Shown piece after piece: positions 34,924 through 45,835 of a DNA stretch of 64,000 nucleotides. The notes beneath the pieces are model-generated. The model had not been told where the DNA came from. It searched no databases and was given only the letters and a program-made list of their open reading frames with translations. The stretch is from contig JASGJN010000020.1 in the NCBI GenBank assembly GCA_049840735.1, forward strand, positions 608,001-672,000, in the 5' to 3' direction. Position 1 is the stretch's first letter, and each line of letters opens with the position of its first letter. A program made the position numbers and the translations under genes. Origin of the DNA: Anaeromyxobacter sp. (GTDB lineage Bacteria; Myxococcota; Myxococcia; Myxococcales; Anaeromyxobacteraceae).

Positions 34924-35804
34924 TCACGCCCACCTCTTCACCCTCCCCTCCCAGTCCAGCCCCATCCCCTGGCACCAGCGAAGGAACGGTTCCCTCGGCA
35001 CGCCCCCCCAGCGCAGAAATCGTCCAGCCCCTCCGTCTCCGGCAACGGCGCCTCGCGCACCAGCGTGGCCAGCGTTCGATACAGCCGAGCCTGCTCCGCG
35101 TGCGCGGCCAGCGCCTCCGCCAACCCGGGCGCCCCGCGGATGCCAGCCGGCCAGCGCAGCGCCAGCGGCGGGATCTGCTCCAGGTGCAGGTACTCCCCCA
35201 GGAGCCGGCTGGCCGTCTTCTCCCCGAACCCCGGCACCCCGGGGATCCCGTCGGCGTCGTCGCCCACCAGCGCCAGGAAGTCCGGCACGCTCTCCGGCCG
35301 GATCCCGCGGCGCTCCAGCAGCGCGGCCTCGTCGATCTCCCGCTCGCGCATCCGGTCCACCTGCACCACCCGCCGGCCCTCCAGGCATTGCCCCAGGTCC
35401 TTGTCCGGGGTGAGGATCCGCACCTGCTCCACCTGGTCCTTGAAGCGGGCCGCCCCGGTGGCCAGGGCGTCGTCCGCCTCGTGCTCGCGCATCGACCAGA
35501 CCCGCACGCCCAGCGCCCGCACCGCCTCCTCCGCCGCGTCGAACTGCGCCAGCAGCTCCTCCGGCACGCCCTCGTCGGTCTTGTAGCCGTCGAACAGGTC
35601 GTTGCGGAACGAGCGGATGGGGTTGTCGAAGGCCACCGCCACGTGGGTCACCGCCTCGCCGGCGTCGTGCAGCAGCGCCAGCACCGAGCCGGCCAGCCCA
35701 GCCGTCGCCTTCACCTCCCGGCCGTCCGGCGTGAGGTGGCCCGGACGGCGGGTGAAGTGGGCCCGGAACAGCTCGTAGGTGCCGTCGACCAGGTGCAGGC
35801 GCAT
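34924..35804 (-). CDS. 5'-3' exonuclease / flap endonuclease, frameshift ~35018
   Basis: LVDGTYELFR, EADDALA, TPDKDL, GDDADGIPGVPGFGEKTA; likely C-terminus LRWGGVP...RWA in another frame. Confidence 0.88.
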
Positions 35805-35918
35805 GGCTTCCTCTTAGCGCACCCGCCGTCCCGCCGCCCGCGCGAGGCGCCCATCGGGGCCCTCCCCTCCGCGGCCGGTTTCGGTGAGGCTGCCGGCTGC
35901 AACCTGGGAGGAGCTCAC

Positions 35919-36287
35919 ATGGCCGAGGAGAAGACCTACAGCGGCGGCTGCCACTGCGGCGCCGTCCGGTACGAGGTGCGGCTCACGCTCGAGACCGTCG
36001 TCACCTGCAATTGCACCATCTGCCACAAGACCGGAACCGTGCTGGGCTTCGCGCCGGCGGCCGCGTTCCAGCTCCGCTCGGGCGAGGAGGCGCTGACCGA
36101 CTACCAGTTCGGCAAGAACAGGATCCACCACCTCTTCTGCAGCCGCTGCGGCATCCGCTCGTTCACCCGCGGCATCGGGCGCGACGGTTCGCCGATGGTG
36201 GCCATCAACCTGCGCTGCACCGACGACCTCGACCTGGCCGCGCTCACGCCGCGCGCCTTCGACGGGCGGAGCCTGCCCGCGACCTGA
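35919..36287 (+). CDS. GFA/CENP-V family protein
   Basis: GGCHCGAVRY, CNCTIC, FCSRCG. Confidence 0.92.
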   Translation: MAEEKTYSGGCHCGAVRYEVRLTLETVVTCNCTICHKTGTVLGFAPAAAFQLRSGEEALTDYQFGKNRIHHLFCSRCGIRSFTRGIGRDGSPMVAINLRCTDDLDLAALTPRAFDGRSLPAT

Positions 36288-37433
36288 TCACGGCGCCGGG
36301 GCCGGTGCCGGGCGCGGGATGAGCCGCACCACCAGCAGGAGCGCGGCGGCCAGCGCCGCCACGATGGGCGGCAGCACCCCGATGTCCTGCGCGTCGGCCA
36401 CCCGCCCCACCGCCGAGGGGATGAAGAACCCGCCCAGCGAGGCGAAGACCGCCAGCAGCGCCACCACCTTCCCGGCGTGACCGGGGAACGCCACCGTGGC
36501 GTGCGCCATCACGGTGGGGAAGATGCCGGCCAGCCCCAGGCCGAGCAGGACCACCGCGGCCAGCGTCACCGCCGGCCCCGGGGCGATGGTCCATGCCAGC
36601 CCCACCGCCAGCACCGCCGCCGCCGCCACGCGCACGAAGCGCAGCAGCCCGACGCGGTCGGTGACGGGGGCGCAGACCAGCCGGCCCAGCGTGACCATCA
36701 GCCAGAAGGCGGCCGGGACGAGCGAGGCCGGGACGGCGCTGCCGGGGGCGCGCTGCTCCCAGAAGGTCGTGCTCCAGCCCATCACCGTCACCTCGATGCC
36801 GACGTAGACCGCGATGGCGGCGCTGCAGATCCAGAGCGCGCCGCTGCGGTAGACCGCGGCGGTCTCGTGCACCGCCTCGTGCACGCCCTTCCCCACCGGC
36901 TGGACCAGCAGCGCCACGGTCACCAGCGCCGGGGCGGCCGCGGTCAGGGCCGGCGCCACCCGCCAGTCCCAGCCGCGCTGGACCACCAGCGTGGAGAGCG
37001 CCGGGCCGGCCATGGCCCCCACCCCGTAGAAGAGGTGGAGCAGGTTCATGGAGGTGCCGTGCCCGCCGGCGGTGTGATCCGCCTCCAGCGCGTTGGAGCC
37101 CACCTCGTAGCCGCCGGTGCCCGCCCCCGCGATCACCGAGGTGAGCAGCAGGGAGGCGAACCCGCTCGCCGCCGCGAAGCCGGCCAGCCCGGCGATGATG
37201 AGCAGCCCGCTCACCACCAGGAACGGCTTCTTGCCGAAGCGATCCGCCAGGTGGCCGCCGAAGGGCACCGTCAGGATCATCCCCAGGAACTGCCCGGAGA
37301 AGACCATCCCGGCCTGCAGGTAGCTGAGGTGGATCTGGTCCCGGATGGCCGGGACCAGCGGCGGGACCACGGTCATGGCCATGCCGAGGGCGGCCATGCA
37401 GGCGTACTGGGTGGCGCGGAGCGAGCGGGTCAT
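36288..37433 (-). CDS. MFS transporter
   Basis: G.LADRFGKK motif A; about 12 TM segments. Confidence 0.88.
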   Translation of the reverse strand: MTRSLRATQYACMAALGMAMTVVPPLVPAIRDQIHLSYLQAGMVFSGQFLGMILTVPFGGHLADRFGKKPFLVVSGLLIIAGLAGFAAASGFASLLLTSVIAGAGTGGYEVGSNALEADHTAGGHGTSMNLLHLFYGVGAMAGPALSTLVVQRGWDWRVAPALTAAAPALVTVALLVQPVGKGVHEAVHETAAVYRSGALWICSAAIAVYVGIEVTVMGWSTTFWEQRAPGSAVPASLVPAAFWLMVTLGRLVCAPVTDRVGLLRFVRVAAAAVLAVGLAWTIAPGPAVTLAAVVLLGLGLAGIFPTVMAHATVAFPGHAGKVVALLAVFASLGGFFIPSAVGRVADAQDIGVLPPIVAALAAALLLVVRLIPRPAPAPAP

Positions 37434-37488
37434 CGGGCGGCGAGGATGCGCCGGACCGCCCGCGCCGTCCACCTGAACCGCGCCCAGG

Positions 37489-38724
37489 TCACGGGCGCGC
37501 GGCGGCGGGCTCCGGCCCTCGCGGCGGCGCACCGGCGCGCACCCACGCCGCCAGCGCCCGCGCCTCCTCGTCCGAGATGAGGCCCGCGTAGCTGGGCATC
37601 TGCGTGCCGGGGCGGGTGGCCTCCGGCCGCAGGATCCAGGCCGCCAGCTCCTCCACCGGCCGCGCGCGGGCGGTGTGGAGCTGCGCCTCGTAGGGCGCGC
37701 CCGGCCCGTGGCAGGCGGCGCAGCCCAGGGTCTGGAAGATCACCTCCGGTCCGCGGCCGCGCTGGACCAGGCCCGGGCGCTCCGCCCGCGCCTCCTCCGG
37801 CACCGTGGTCGGCCGCTCGGGGAGGCTGCGCAGGAAGGCGTGGAGGGCGTGGAGCTCCTCGTCGGTCAGCAGCCGGAAGCGCGGCATGGGCGGGCGGGTC
37901 ACCTCGCCGCGCGGCGTCACGCCCTCGCGCAGCGCGCGGCCCAGGTCTTCCTGCGTCCGGCCGGCCAGGCCGGTGGCGTGGAAGGTGAGGTTGCGCGACC
38001 AGATGGGCTGGCCGGCCGCGTCCTTGAACTCGAAGCCGCCGGAGAAGCCGTCCTTCCCCTCCGCCTTGTCCGGCGCGAAGCCGGGGCTGTGGCAGCCGCC
38101 GCAGTCGTAGATCTCCGCCAGGTAGCGGCCGCGCGCGACCGGCTCGCTGGCCGGCGGCGCCTGGAGGCCGGAGGCCGGGCGGTCGGGCGGCCCGCCCAGG
38201 GTGAGCGCCAGCACCGCGCGCCCCAGGAACGTGAGCGCCGTCTTCCCCGACGGCGTCGGGTCAGGCTCGAAGGTGGGCGCCCCCGAGCGCAGGTAGCCCA
38301 GCACCGCGGCCAGGTCCTCGTCGGAGAGCCCCACGCCCATGATGGTCCGCCGGCCGTCGTGGGTGATCCCGTAGCGGACCACGCGCGCGAGCTCCGCGTC
38401 GGTGCGGGCGCCGATGCCGGCGGTGGGGTGCTGGGTGAGGTTGGCGGAGGCGATGATCCCCAGGGCCGAGGGGACGTCCTCCATCGTCTTGCCGATGGCC
38501 CGCTCGCTGCTGGGCGGGCGGTGGCAGCCGGCGCAGCTCTGCTCGAAGATGCGCCGCCCCACGGCGACCGCCTCCGGGCGGCCGTCGGCGGCGATGGGCG
38601 GATAGGGCGCGTCCCAGGTGCGCCGCGCCCGCCACTCCACGAAGCCCACCAGCCCAGCCACGCCCAGCGCCACCAGCGCCAGCACCCCACCTGCCACGCG
38701 CCGCGCGCGCCTCCAGCTCGCCAT
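37489..38724 (-). CDS. Membrane-anchored trihaem c-type cytochrome
   Basis: CAGCH, CGGCH, CAACH; N-terminal TM helix. Confidence 0.85.
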   Translation of the reverse strand: MASWRRARRVAGGVLALVALGVAGLVGFVEWRARRTWDAPYPPIAADGRPEAVAVGRRIFEQSCAGCHRPPSSERAIGKTMEDVPSALGIIASANLTQHPTAGIGARTDAELARVVRYGITHDGRRTIMGVGLSDEDLAAVLGYLRSGAPTFEPDPTPSGKTALTFLGRAVLALTLGGPPDRPASGLQAPPASEPVARGRYLAEIYDCGGCHSPGFAPDKAEGKDGFSGGFEFKDAAGQPIWSRNLTFHATGLAGRTQEDLGRALREGVTPRGEVTRPPMPRFRLLTDEELHALHAFLRSLPERPTTVPEEARAERPGLVQRGRGPEVIFQTLGCAACHGPGAPYEAQLHTARARPVEELAAWILRPEATRPGTQMPSYAGLISDEEARALAAWVRAGAPPRGPEPAAARP

Positions 38725-38850
38725 GTCCCGATCCCTCGCTCCGGCGCGCGACGGCGCGCCCGGCGCGGTCGAGTGCGAGGGCGCGAGCGGGCGCGCAACC
38801 CCGTGGAGGGTCCGTGCCCTTCCTGGGCATGCCCATGCGACGCAACACCC

Positions 38851-40086
38851 TCAGGAGACCGGGAGGTCGGCGCCCGCCAGCGCCGGCTCGCGCGCCGCCG
38901 CCCGCGCCCGGAGGCGCGCGTTCACCTGCAGGACCAGCAGCGGCAGCGCCGAGGCCACCAGCGCCGCCCCCGCCACCAGCCGCGGCATCCCGCCCAGCCG
39001 GCCGTCCGGCGACACCGTCAGCACGCGGGTCGAGAGGGTGGCCCCCAGCGCGCTGGCCAGGTGCTGCACCGCCGACTGCGCCGAGAGGAAGCGGGCCCGC
39101 TCGGCCGGACCGGGCACGCGGGAGGAGAGCGTGGTGATGGAGACGTTGCGCAGCGAGTTGGCGGTCATGAACGCGCCGAAGAAGAGCACCACCGGCAGCC
39201 AGGGCGGTGGGAAGGCCAGGCCGAAGGTCACCACCAGCAGGAAGGCCACCGTGCCGAGCGTGGCCACCGCCGGCGCGCCCAGCCGGTCCACCAGCCGGCC
39301 GCTGGCGCGCAGCATGAAGAAGGAGACCACGCCGCCGATCAGGTAGGCCAGGCTCAGCCGCTCGCGCGGGAAGCGCAGGTTGAACTGCACGAAGGCGGAG
39401 AAGTTGGGGATGAGGGCGAAGCCGGAGAGCATCGAGGTGGCGGTGGCGGTGAGCGAGAAGAGCGCGATGGGCCGACGCAGGAGCCGCCCCGCCCCGGCCG
39501 GCGCCGCGCCGCTCCTGAGGTGCGCCGTCATGGGCGGCATGAGCCGCACCGCCGCCCCGGCCAGCACCACGCCCAGCGCGGCCACGCCGAAGAACGGCGT
39601 GCGCCACGAGCCCAGGCGCGCCGCCTCCAGCCCCAAGGGCACGCCCAGCACCGAGGCCACCGAGAAGGCCCCCATCACCGCCCCCAGCGCCCGGCCGCGC
39701 CGCTCGGCCGGGACCGCGTCGGCCACGATGGAGATGGAGAGCGCCGTGGCCGGACCGCCGAACGCGCCGGCGATGATCCGCGCCAGCACCATGGTGCCGA
39801 GGCCGCTGGCCAGGCCGCCAGCGGCGGTGCCCGCCACCAGCCCCAGCATGGCCACCGCCAGCGCCTTGCGGCGGTCGAAGCGGTCGAGGAAGGCCGCGCC
39901 CAGCATCCCCGCCACCGCGGCCGCGCCGGTGTAGGCGCCGCCGATCAGGCCGAGCTGCGAGGAGGGGATGCCCAGGGCCTGGGCGAAGTCCGGCCCCAGG
40001 GGCATGACCATCATGAAATCCAGGACGTTGATGAACTGCACCGCCCCGACGAGGAAGAGGAGCGTCCGCTCCGAGACCGTCCGCAC
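38851..40086 (-). CDS. MFS transporter
   Basis: QFINVLDFMMVMPLGP, DRFDRR, P.ERRGRALG. Confidence 0.9.
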   Translation of the reverse strand: MRTVSERTLLFLVGAVQFINVLDFMMVMPLGPDFAQALGIPSSQLGLIGGAYTGAAAVAGMLGAAFLDRFDRRKALAVAMLGLVAGTAAGGLASGLGTMVLARIIAGAFGGPATALSISIVADAVPAERRGRALGAVMGAFSVASVLGVPLGLEAARLGSWRTPFFGVAALGVVLAGAAVRLMPPMTAHLRSGAAPAGAGRLLRRPIALFSLTATATSMLSGFALIPNFSAFVQFNLRFPRERLSLAYLIGGVVSFFMLRASGRLVDRLGAPAVATLGTVAFLLVVTFGLAFPPPWLPVVLFFGAFMTANSLRNVSITTLSSRVPGPAERARFLSAQSAVQHLASALGATLSTRVLTVSPDGRLGGMPRLVAGAALVASALPLLVLQVNARLRARAAAREPALAGADLPVS

Positions 40087-40190
40087 GGCGGGGTTCTACC
40101 GCGGAGCCGGCCCGGCCGCCGCACCGAGTCCGCGGCAGGTCGAGATCACCGGGGTATTCCCCTGCCCTCCCAGGCTGCAGCCGGCTCCAC

Positions 40191-41160
40191 TCACCGGCTC
40201 CGCGAGGGCAGGTCCACGCTGTTGTCCGCCCCCGCGCCCACCGTCACCCCCAGCGCGCCGGGCGCGTAGCTCCGGCCGCGCTCGCGCAGCTCCACCGCGC
40301 TGGGCTGGCGCGGCGGCGGTGGCTCCGCGGGGACGCCGGCCTGCGCCTTCGCCCGCATCATCTGGCGCACCGATCGCCAGGTGGTCCAGCCCGCGAACGC
40401 CAGCGCGCCCACCCCCACCAGCTCGGCGGCCAGCGCCGGCGGGGACGCCGCTGACCGGCGGCGCTCCAGGCCGAGCTCCGCCAGCCCCGGCCAGCGGCGG
40501 CGCCGCAGCCCCTCCCACGCGGCCACCGCGGCCGCGCCGGCCAGCGCGTAGGCCCCCACCTGACCGCCCGTCGCGCCCCAGCGCGCCCGGCGGCTGGCCG
40601 GCGCGAGCTCGCGCGGTGCCGTGGCCTCGAACAGATCGATGGCGGCGGCCGAGAACGCGGCCACGTCCTGCGGCCCGCGGCTGGTCACCCAGCGGCCGTC
40701 GTGGACCACCGGCTCGTCCACCCAGCTCGCGCCGGCGTTCTTCACGTCGTCGGCGATGCCCGGCCAGGAGGCCAGCTTGCGGCCGGCCACCAGGCCCGCC
40801 GAGATGAGCACCTGCGGCCCGTGGCAGATGGCTGCGATGGGGCGCGCCAGCCGCTCGAAGTCGCGCACGAAGGCCCGCACGTCGGCGCTCTGCCGGAGCA
40901 GGTCCGGGTTGGTGAAGCCCCCAGGGATGACCAGCGCGCCGTACTGCTCCGGGCGCGCCGCCCCGACGGTTCTCGTCCACGGCCAGCCTGGCGCCGCGCC
41001 AGAGGAAGTTCATGCCCCGCACGTGGCCCGGGCGCACCGAGAGCACCCGCACGTCCGCCCCGGCCCGCCTCAGCGCCTGGAGCGGCCAGGTCACCTCGAT
41101 CTGCTCGAAGCCGTCTGCCACCAGCATCGCCACCCGCACGCCCCTGAGTCGCCTTGCCAT
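40191..41160 (-). CDS. DJ-1/PfpI family protein with C-terminal hydrophobic extension, frameshift ~40971
   Basis: ADGFEQIE..P, IPGG, AAICHGP, VTSR.P.D. Confidence 0.82.
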
Positions 41161-41232
41161 GCCTCGGAACATGGCGATGGGCGCGGGGTGCGCAACGCGG
41201 GCGGGGCGGCGCGGGATTGGCCGGTAGCTCGC

Positions 41233-42447
41233 TCAGCGAACGGGCGCGTCGAGCCGGAGGCCGATGGCGTCGTCCTCCCCCTCCGCGGGCGGCTTCACCG
41301 GCAGCACCACGACCAGCCCGCCGCCGTCTCCGACCTGCTGGACCGTCGCGTCGCCGAGCCGAGCGGCCTCCGGCCCGGTCAGCCGGCCGGCGGCCTCCAG
41401 CGCCCCCAGCGACGCCGGCCAGCGGCCGCTGGCTTCACGCTCCGCGCCGGCCGCTGCGGCCAGCACGATCAGGTCGAGCCAGGCCAGGGCCTGGTCCGCC
41501 CGGCGGGCGTACCCGATGAAGTTGCTCGAGCTGGGCAGCGCCTCCGCCCAGGGCAGGCGCGATCTGCGGTCCGCCTGCTGGCGCAGCGCCTCGTCCCGCT
41601 GCCCGGGTGGGAGCGCCATGGCGGCGATCATCTGGTCGTAGTCGTCGCGGCCCGCTCGCCAGAACAGCGGCAGCGCCCAGGGGTGATCGACCTCCAGGTG
41701 GTTGGCCGCCATGGCGGCCGGGCGCGAGCTCAGCTGCGCGCGGAGCGCCTCGGGCAGGCCGTCGCCGTACAGCATCAGCTGCATCTCGACCGCCTCTTCC
41801 CGCATGACGGGCTCGAAGCCCGGGATCGAGTCGCGCAGGGTCCGGACCCGCGCCACCATCGCCTCCCGGGCGCCGGCCGGCAGCTCGGCCCCGACGCGTG
41901 CGCACGACGGCGCGGCGAGCTGGACCACGGCGACGCTCACCATCCTCCCGACCAGGGTCCCGTTCACCGCCAGATCCCGCCCGAGGCCGAGCGCGTCCAG
42001 GCAGTCGCTGGCGGCGGACGCGAAGGCGCCTGCGTCCAGCGCCCGCCTGGCCCGCAGCGCCGCCAGCCGGGCCGCCAGCTGCACCGCCAGGTTCGCGTCG
42101 CCCCAGTCGTAGGGGTACTCCAGCCGCTCGCAGCGGCTGGCGTGAAGCACGGCGTCCAGGTCCGGTCCGGCCTGGACCAGGAGCTGGAGGTAGCTGGCCG
42201 GCGTCTCCCCGGAGGGCCGCGCGCCCGCCAGCACCTCGCGCAACACCCGCTTCGCCTCGTCGTCCCCCTGGCGCGCGTGCTCGGCCAGCGCGGCCCCGTG
42301 CGCCTCCAGGGCCTCCGCCAGCGTCCCGGGCTCCCCCCGCTCCACGTGCAGCGCGCGGGTCCGCCGCGCGCCGAAGGTGGCGTTGGCCTCCTCGACCAGC
42401 TTCGCCGGCAGGTCCCGCGTCCAGAACCGCGGCGCCAGCAGCGCCAC
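41233..42447 (-). CDS. Hypothetical membrane-anchored helical protein
   Basis: N-terminal TM segment; C-terminal GRWPASL..L. Confidence 0.6.
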   Translation of the reverse strand: MALLAPRFWTRDLPAKLVEEANATFGARRTRALHVERGEPGTLAEALEAHGAALAEHARQGDDEAKRVLREVLAGARPSGETPASYLQLLVQAGPDLDAVLHASRCERLEYPYDWGDANLAVQLAARLAALRARRALDAGAFASAASDCLDALGLGRDLAVNGTLVGRMVSVAVVQLAAPSCARVGAELPAGAREAMVARVRTLRDSIPGFEPVMREEAVEMQLMLYGDGLPEALRAQLSSRPAAMAANHLEVDHPWALPLFWRAGRDDYDQMIAAMALPPGQRDEALRQQADRRSRLPWAEALPSSSNFIGYARRADQALAWLDLIVLAAAAGAEREASGRWPASLGALEAAGRLTGPEAARLGDATVQQVGDGGGLVVVLPVKPPAEGEDDAIGLRLDAPVR

Positions 42448-42645
42448 CGCGCCGACCACCAGCACCAGCCCGCCGATCCAGCCGGCCCTCACCCAGCTTC
42501 GACGCATCGTCAGGTCCCTCTCCCGCCCACATCCTAGCCTGTTCGCAGGCCGAACTGGGTCCCTCCGGCCCCCGCCGCCGCACGGCTGGCCAAGCGGGCC
42601 GTCCGGTGCTCTGATGGCCCGGCACCTCCGCGGCCGGGAGTCCCC

Positions 42646-43734
42646 TTGACCCGCACCGAGCACATCCTCTCCGAGCGCGAGCGCCACGGCCGGCGCTCGC
42701 TGGTGGTGCTGCCGGTGGCCTATCCCAAGGAGCTCCTGACCGCCTTCGACGTCCTGGCCGTGGAGCTGTGGGGCCCGCCTGGCCCACCGCGCGGGCCGGA
42801 CGCGGGGCGGATCCAGGCCTACGTCTGCCCGCTGGTGCGCAACGCGCTGGCGTTCCTGGGCGCGGGCGGCGCCGACGCGGTGGACGGCGCGCTCTTCCCG
42901 CACACCTGCGACAGCCTCCAGCAGCTGGCCACGCTGGCGCCCGACCTGGGCGGCTGGGCCAAGCCGGTGCTCCGCTTCCAGCACCCGCGCGGCCCGGCCC
43001 GGCCGGCGGCGCGCGCCTATCTGGAGAGCGAGCTGCGGGCGCTGGTGGGCGCGCTGGAGGCCTTCACCGGCCGCGCCTTCGACGAGGACCGGCTGGCCGC
43101 CGCGCTCGACCTGCACGAGGCGGTGGACCAGGCCCGCGCGGCGTTGCTGGACGGGACCGCCACCTCGCCGCTCCCCGCCGCCGAGCGGTACGCGCTGCTC
43201 CGGCGCGGCGAGTGGCTCTGGCCGGATGATCACCTCCTGGAGCTGCGCGCGGCCCTGGCCGACCCGGAGCGCCCGCGCCGACCGGGCGTGCCGGTGCTGG
43301 TGACCGGCTACGTGCCCGAGCCAGCCGCCTTCGTGCAGGTGCTGGAGGAGGCCGGCGCGCGGGTGGCCGCCGACGACTACGCCGCCGTGGGACGGCGGGT
43401 GGTACGGGCGCGGACCCGCGGAGCTCCCTGGGAGCGGCTGCTGGAGCGCTACTGGGCGGCCCCGCCCTGCCCCACCCGCGCGGCCACCCAGGAGGCCCGC
43501 CTGGCACACCTCTCGGCCCTGCTCGACCGCTCCGGCGCGCGCGGCATGATCATCCACACGGTCCGCTCCTGCGAGCCGGAGCTGTTCGACGTGCCGGCGC
43601 TGCGCACGCTCTGCGCCGGGCGCGGGCTGCCGGTGCTGCAGCTTGAGACGGATCTGGAGGCCGAGCTGCCCGCGCAGGCGGTGACGCGGCTGGAGGCCTT
43701 CGCCGAGCTGCTCACCTCGGGAGGCCAGGCATGA
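42646..43734 (+). CDS. 2-hydroxyacyl-CoA dehydratase / benzoyl-CoA reductase family subunit
   Basis: P.ELL.A, YVCPLVR, PHTCD, CEPE.FD, TRLEAF. Confidence 0.82.
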   Translation: MTRTEHILSERERHGRRSLVVLPVAYPKELLTAFDVLAVELWGPPGPPRGPDAGRIQAYVCPLVRNALAFLGAGGADAVDGALFPHTCDSLQQLATLAPDLGGWAKPVLRFQHPRGPARPAARAYLESELRALVGALEAFTGRAFDEDRLAAALDLHEAVDQARAALLDGTATSPLPAAERYALLRRGEWLWPDDHLLELRAALADPERPRRPGVPVLVTGYVPEPAAFVQVLEEAGARVAADDYAAVGRRVVRARTRGAPWERLLERYWAAPPCPTRAATQEARLAHLSALLDRSGARGMIIHTVRSCEPELFDVPALRTLCAGRGLPVLQLETDLEAELPAQAVTRLEAFAELLTSGGQA

Positions 43735-45050
43735 CCGCGCTGCGCCGGCTCCGCTACGAGGCCACCGGCCGGGTGGTGGTCCCCTTCCTCTCGCAGCTCG
43801 AGGCCTGGCAGCGCCGGCTCCGGCCGCGCCGCGCCCCGCGCGCCGACAGCCCCTTCGGCCCGCCCCTGGAGGCCACGCGAAGGCTCAAGGAGCTGATGAC
43901 CGCGCACTACGCGCAAGGCCGCGTGGCGGACGGCGCCGTGCCGGTGGCCTGGGTGACGAGCGGCTTCCCGGTGGAGGTGCTCCGCCCGCTGGGGTTCCAC
44001 TGCCTCTACCCGGAGAACCACGCCGCGCTCTGCGGCGTCCGCCGGGTGGTGCCGGAGCTCTCCGACGCGGCCGAGGGCGTGGGTTACGGGCGCGATTTGT
44101 GCAGCTACGCGCGGACGGACCTCGGCAGCGCGCTGACCGGCCAGACTCCGGTGGGGCGCCTGCCGCGGCCGCAGCTCTTGGCCTGCTGCACCAACATCTG
44201 CCAGACGGTGCTCCACTGGTACCGCGCGCTGGCGGCGCACTTCCAGGTGCCGCTGGTGCTGGTGGACACGCCCTTCGTCTACGGCGAGGCGCCGCCGCAC
44301 CACGCCGCCTACGTGCGCGCGCAGCTGGAGGAGCTGCTGGAGGTGGCGGCGCGGGTGGCCGGGCGCCGCGTCGAGCCGGAGGCGCTCGCCGAGGTGGTGC
44401 GGCTGGCGCGCGACGGCGCGGTGCTGTGGGGCGAGTGCCTGGAGACCGCCACCGCCCGCCCTGCGCCCTGGACCGGCTTCGACGGCTTCTTCCACATCGC
44501 CCCCATCGTCACGCTGCGCGGCACCGAGCGCTGCAACGCCTACTACCGGCTCCTGCGCGACGAGCTGCGCGACCGGGTGGCGCGCGGCGTCGGCGGGCTG
44601 AAGGTGGAGCGCCACCGGCTGCTCTGGGACAACCTGCCCATCTGGTTCGCGGTGCGCGAGCTCTCCACCCTGCTGGCCAGGCGCGGCTTCAACTTCGTGT
44701 GCACCAGCTACACCAACGCATGGGCCGAGGCCGGCCGCCGCGTGGACCCGGCCGACCCGCTGGGCTCGGCCGCGCGCGCCTACACCCACGTGCTGCTCAA
44801 CCAGGACCTGACCCAGCGGCTCTCGACGCTGCGCCGGCTGGCGCGCGCCTACCGCGTGGACGGCGCGGTGCTCCACAGCGACCGCTCCTGCAAGCCGTAC
44901 TCGATCGGCCAGGTGGACCTGAAGGAGCGGCTGGCGGCGGAGCTGCAGCTCAAGGTGCTGCTGCTGGAGGCCGACCACGACGACCCGCGGGCCTGGTCCT
45001 CCGAGCAGGCCGACACCCGCCTGACCGCGTTCATGGAGTCGTTCGCGTGA
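43731..45050 (+). CDS. 2-hydroxyacyl-CoA dehydratase family subunit
   Basis: YPENHAA, DLCSYAR, NICQTV..WY, H..RSCK, TRL.AF.E; ATGA overlap. Confidence 0.88.
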   Translation: MTALRRLRYEATGRVVVPFLSQLEAWQRRLRPRRAPRADSPFGPPLEATRRLKELMTAHYAQGRVADGAVPVAWVTSGFPVEVLRPLGFHCLYPENHAALCGVRRVVPELSDAAEGVGYGRDLCSYARTDLGSALTGQTPVGRLPRPQLLACCTNICQTVLHWYRALAAHFQVPLVLVDTPFVYGEAPPHHAAYVRAQLEELLEVAARVAGRRVEPEALAEVVRLARDGAVLWGECLETATARPAPWTGFDGFFHIAPIVTLRGTERCNAYYRLLRDELRDRVARGVGGLKVERHRLLWDNLPIWFAVRELSTLLARRGFNFVCTSYTNAWAEAGRRVDPADPLGSAARAYTHVLLNQDLTQRLSTLRRLARAYRVDGAVLHSDRSCKPYSIGQVDLKERLAAELQLKVLLLEADHDDPRAWSSEQADTRLTAFMESFA

Positions 45051-45805
45051 CCGCCGCCGCGCTGGGCCTCGACGCCGGGTCCACCACCTGCAAGGCGGTG
45101 GCGCTGGCCGCCGACGGCCGGCTCCTGGCGCACCGGATCGAGCCGGCCCACCCGCGCGTGGACGAGCAGGCAGCCCGCCTGCTGGCGGAGCTGCGCGCCG
45201 AGGTGGACGGGGACGGGCCGGTGGGCGCCACGGGCTACGGGCGCAAGCGCGTGGGGGCGGCGCGCGTGCTCACCGAGATCACCTGCCACGCCCGCGGCGC
45301 CTGGCACGCGCTGCGCCGCCCGGGGCTCCTGGTGGACGTGGGTGGCCAGGACACCAAGGTGATCCGGCTCGGGCCGGGCGGCGAGGTGGCCGACTTCGCC
45401 ATGAACGACAAGTGCGCCGCCGGGACCGGCCGCTTCCTGGAGGTGATCCTGGGCCGGCTGCACGTGCCGCTGGAGGCGGTGGCGGAGACCGCGGCCGGCG
45501 CGGACCGGGCCGTGACGGTCTCCTCCACCTGCACCGTCTTCGCCGAGAGCGAGGTCATCTCCCTGGTGGCGAGCGGCGCCCCGCTGCCCGGCATCGTGCG
45601 CGGCCTGCACCAGGCCCTGGCCACCCGCGTGGCCGCCCTGGCCCGCGGCGCCGGGGCCGCGCCGGAGGTGCTGATGAGCGGCGGCGTGGCCCGCAACGCG
45701 GCCATGGTGGAGGCGCTGGCCCAGGCGCTGGGGCGCCCGGTGACGGTGGTGCCCCAGCCGCAGCTGGTCGGGGCCATCGGCGCGGCGCTGTCGGTGCTGG
45801 GCTGA
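45047..45805 (+). CDS. Acyl-CoA dehydratase activase (HgdC/BadF-BadG-like ATPase)
   Basis: GLDAGSTTCK, TGYGR, EITCHARG, DVGGQDTK, MNDKCAAGTGRFLE, SSTCTVFAESE. Confidence 0.92.
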   Translation: MTAAALGLDAGSTTCKAVALAADGRLLAHRIEPAHPRVDEQAARLLAELRAEVDGDGPVGATGYGRKRVGAARVLTEITCHARGAWHALRRPGLLVDVGGQDTKVIRLGPGGEVADFAMNDKCAAGTGRFLEVILGRLHVPLEAVAETAAGADRAVTVSSTCTVFAESEVISLVASGAPLPGIVRGLHQALATRVAALARGAGAAPEVLMSGGVARNAAMVEALAQALGRPVTVVPQPQLVGAIGAALSVLG

Positions 45806-45835
45806 CCAGCGCCGGAACCGCAACACGACACGAGG

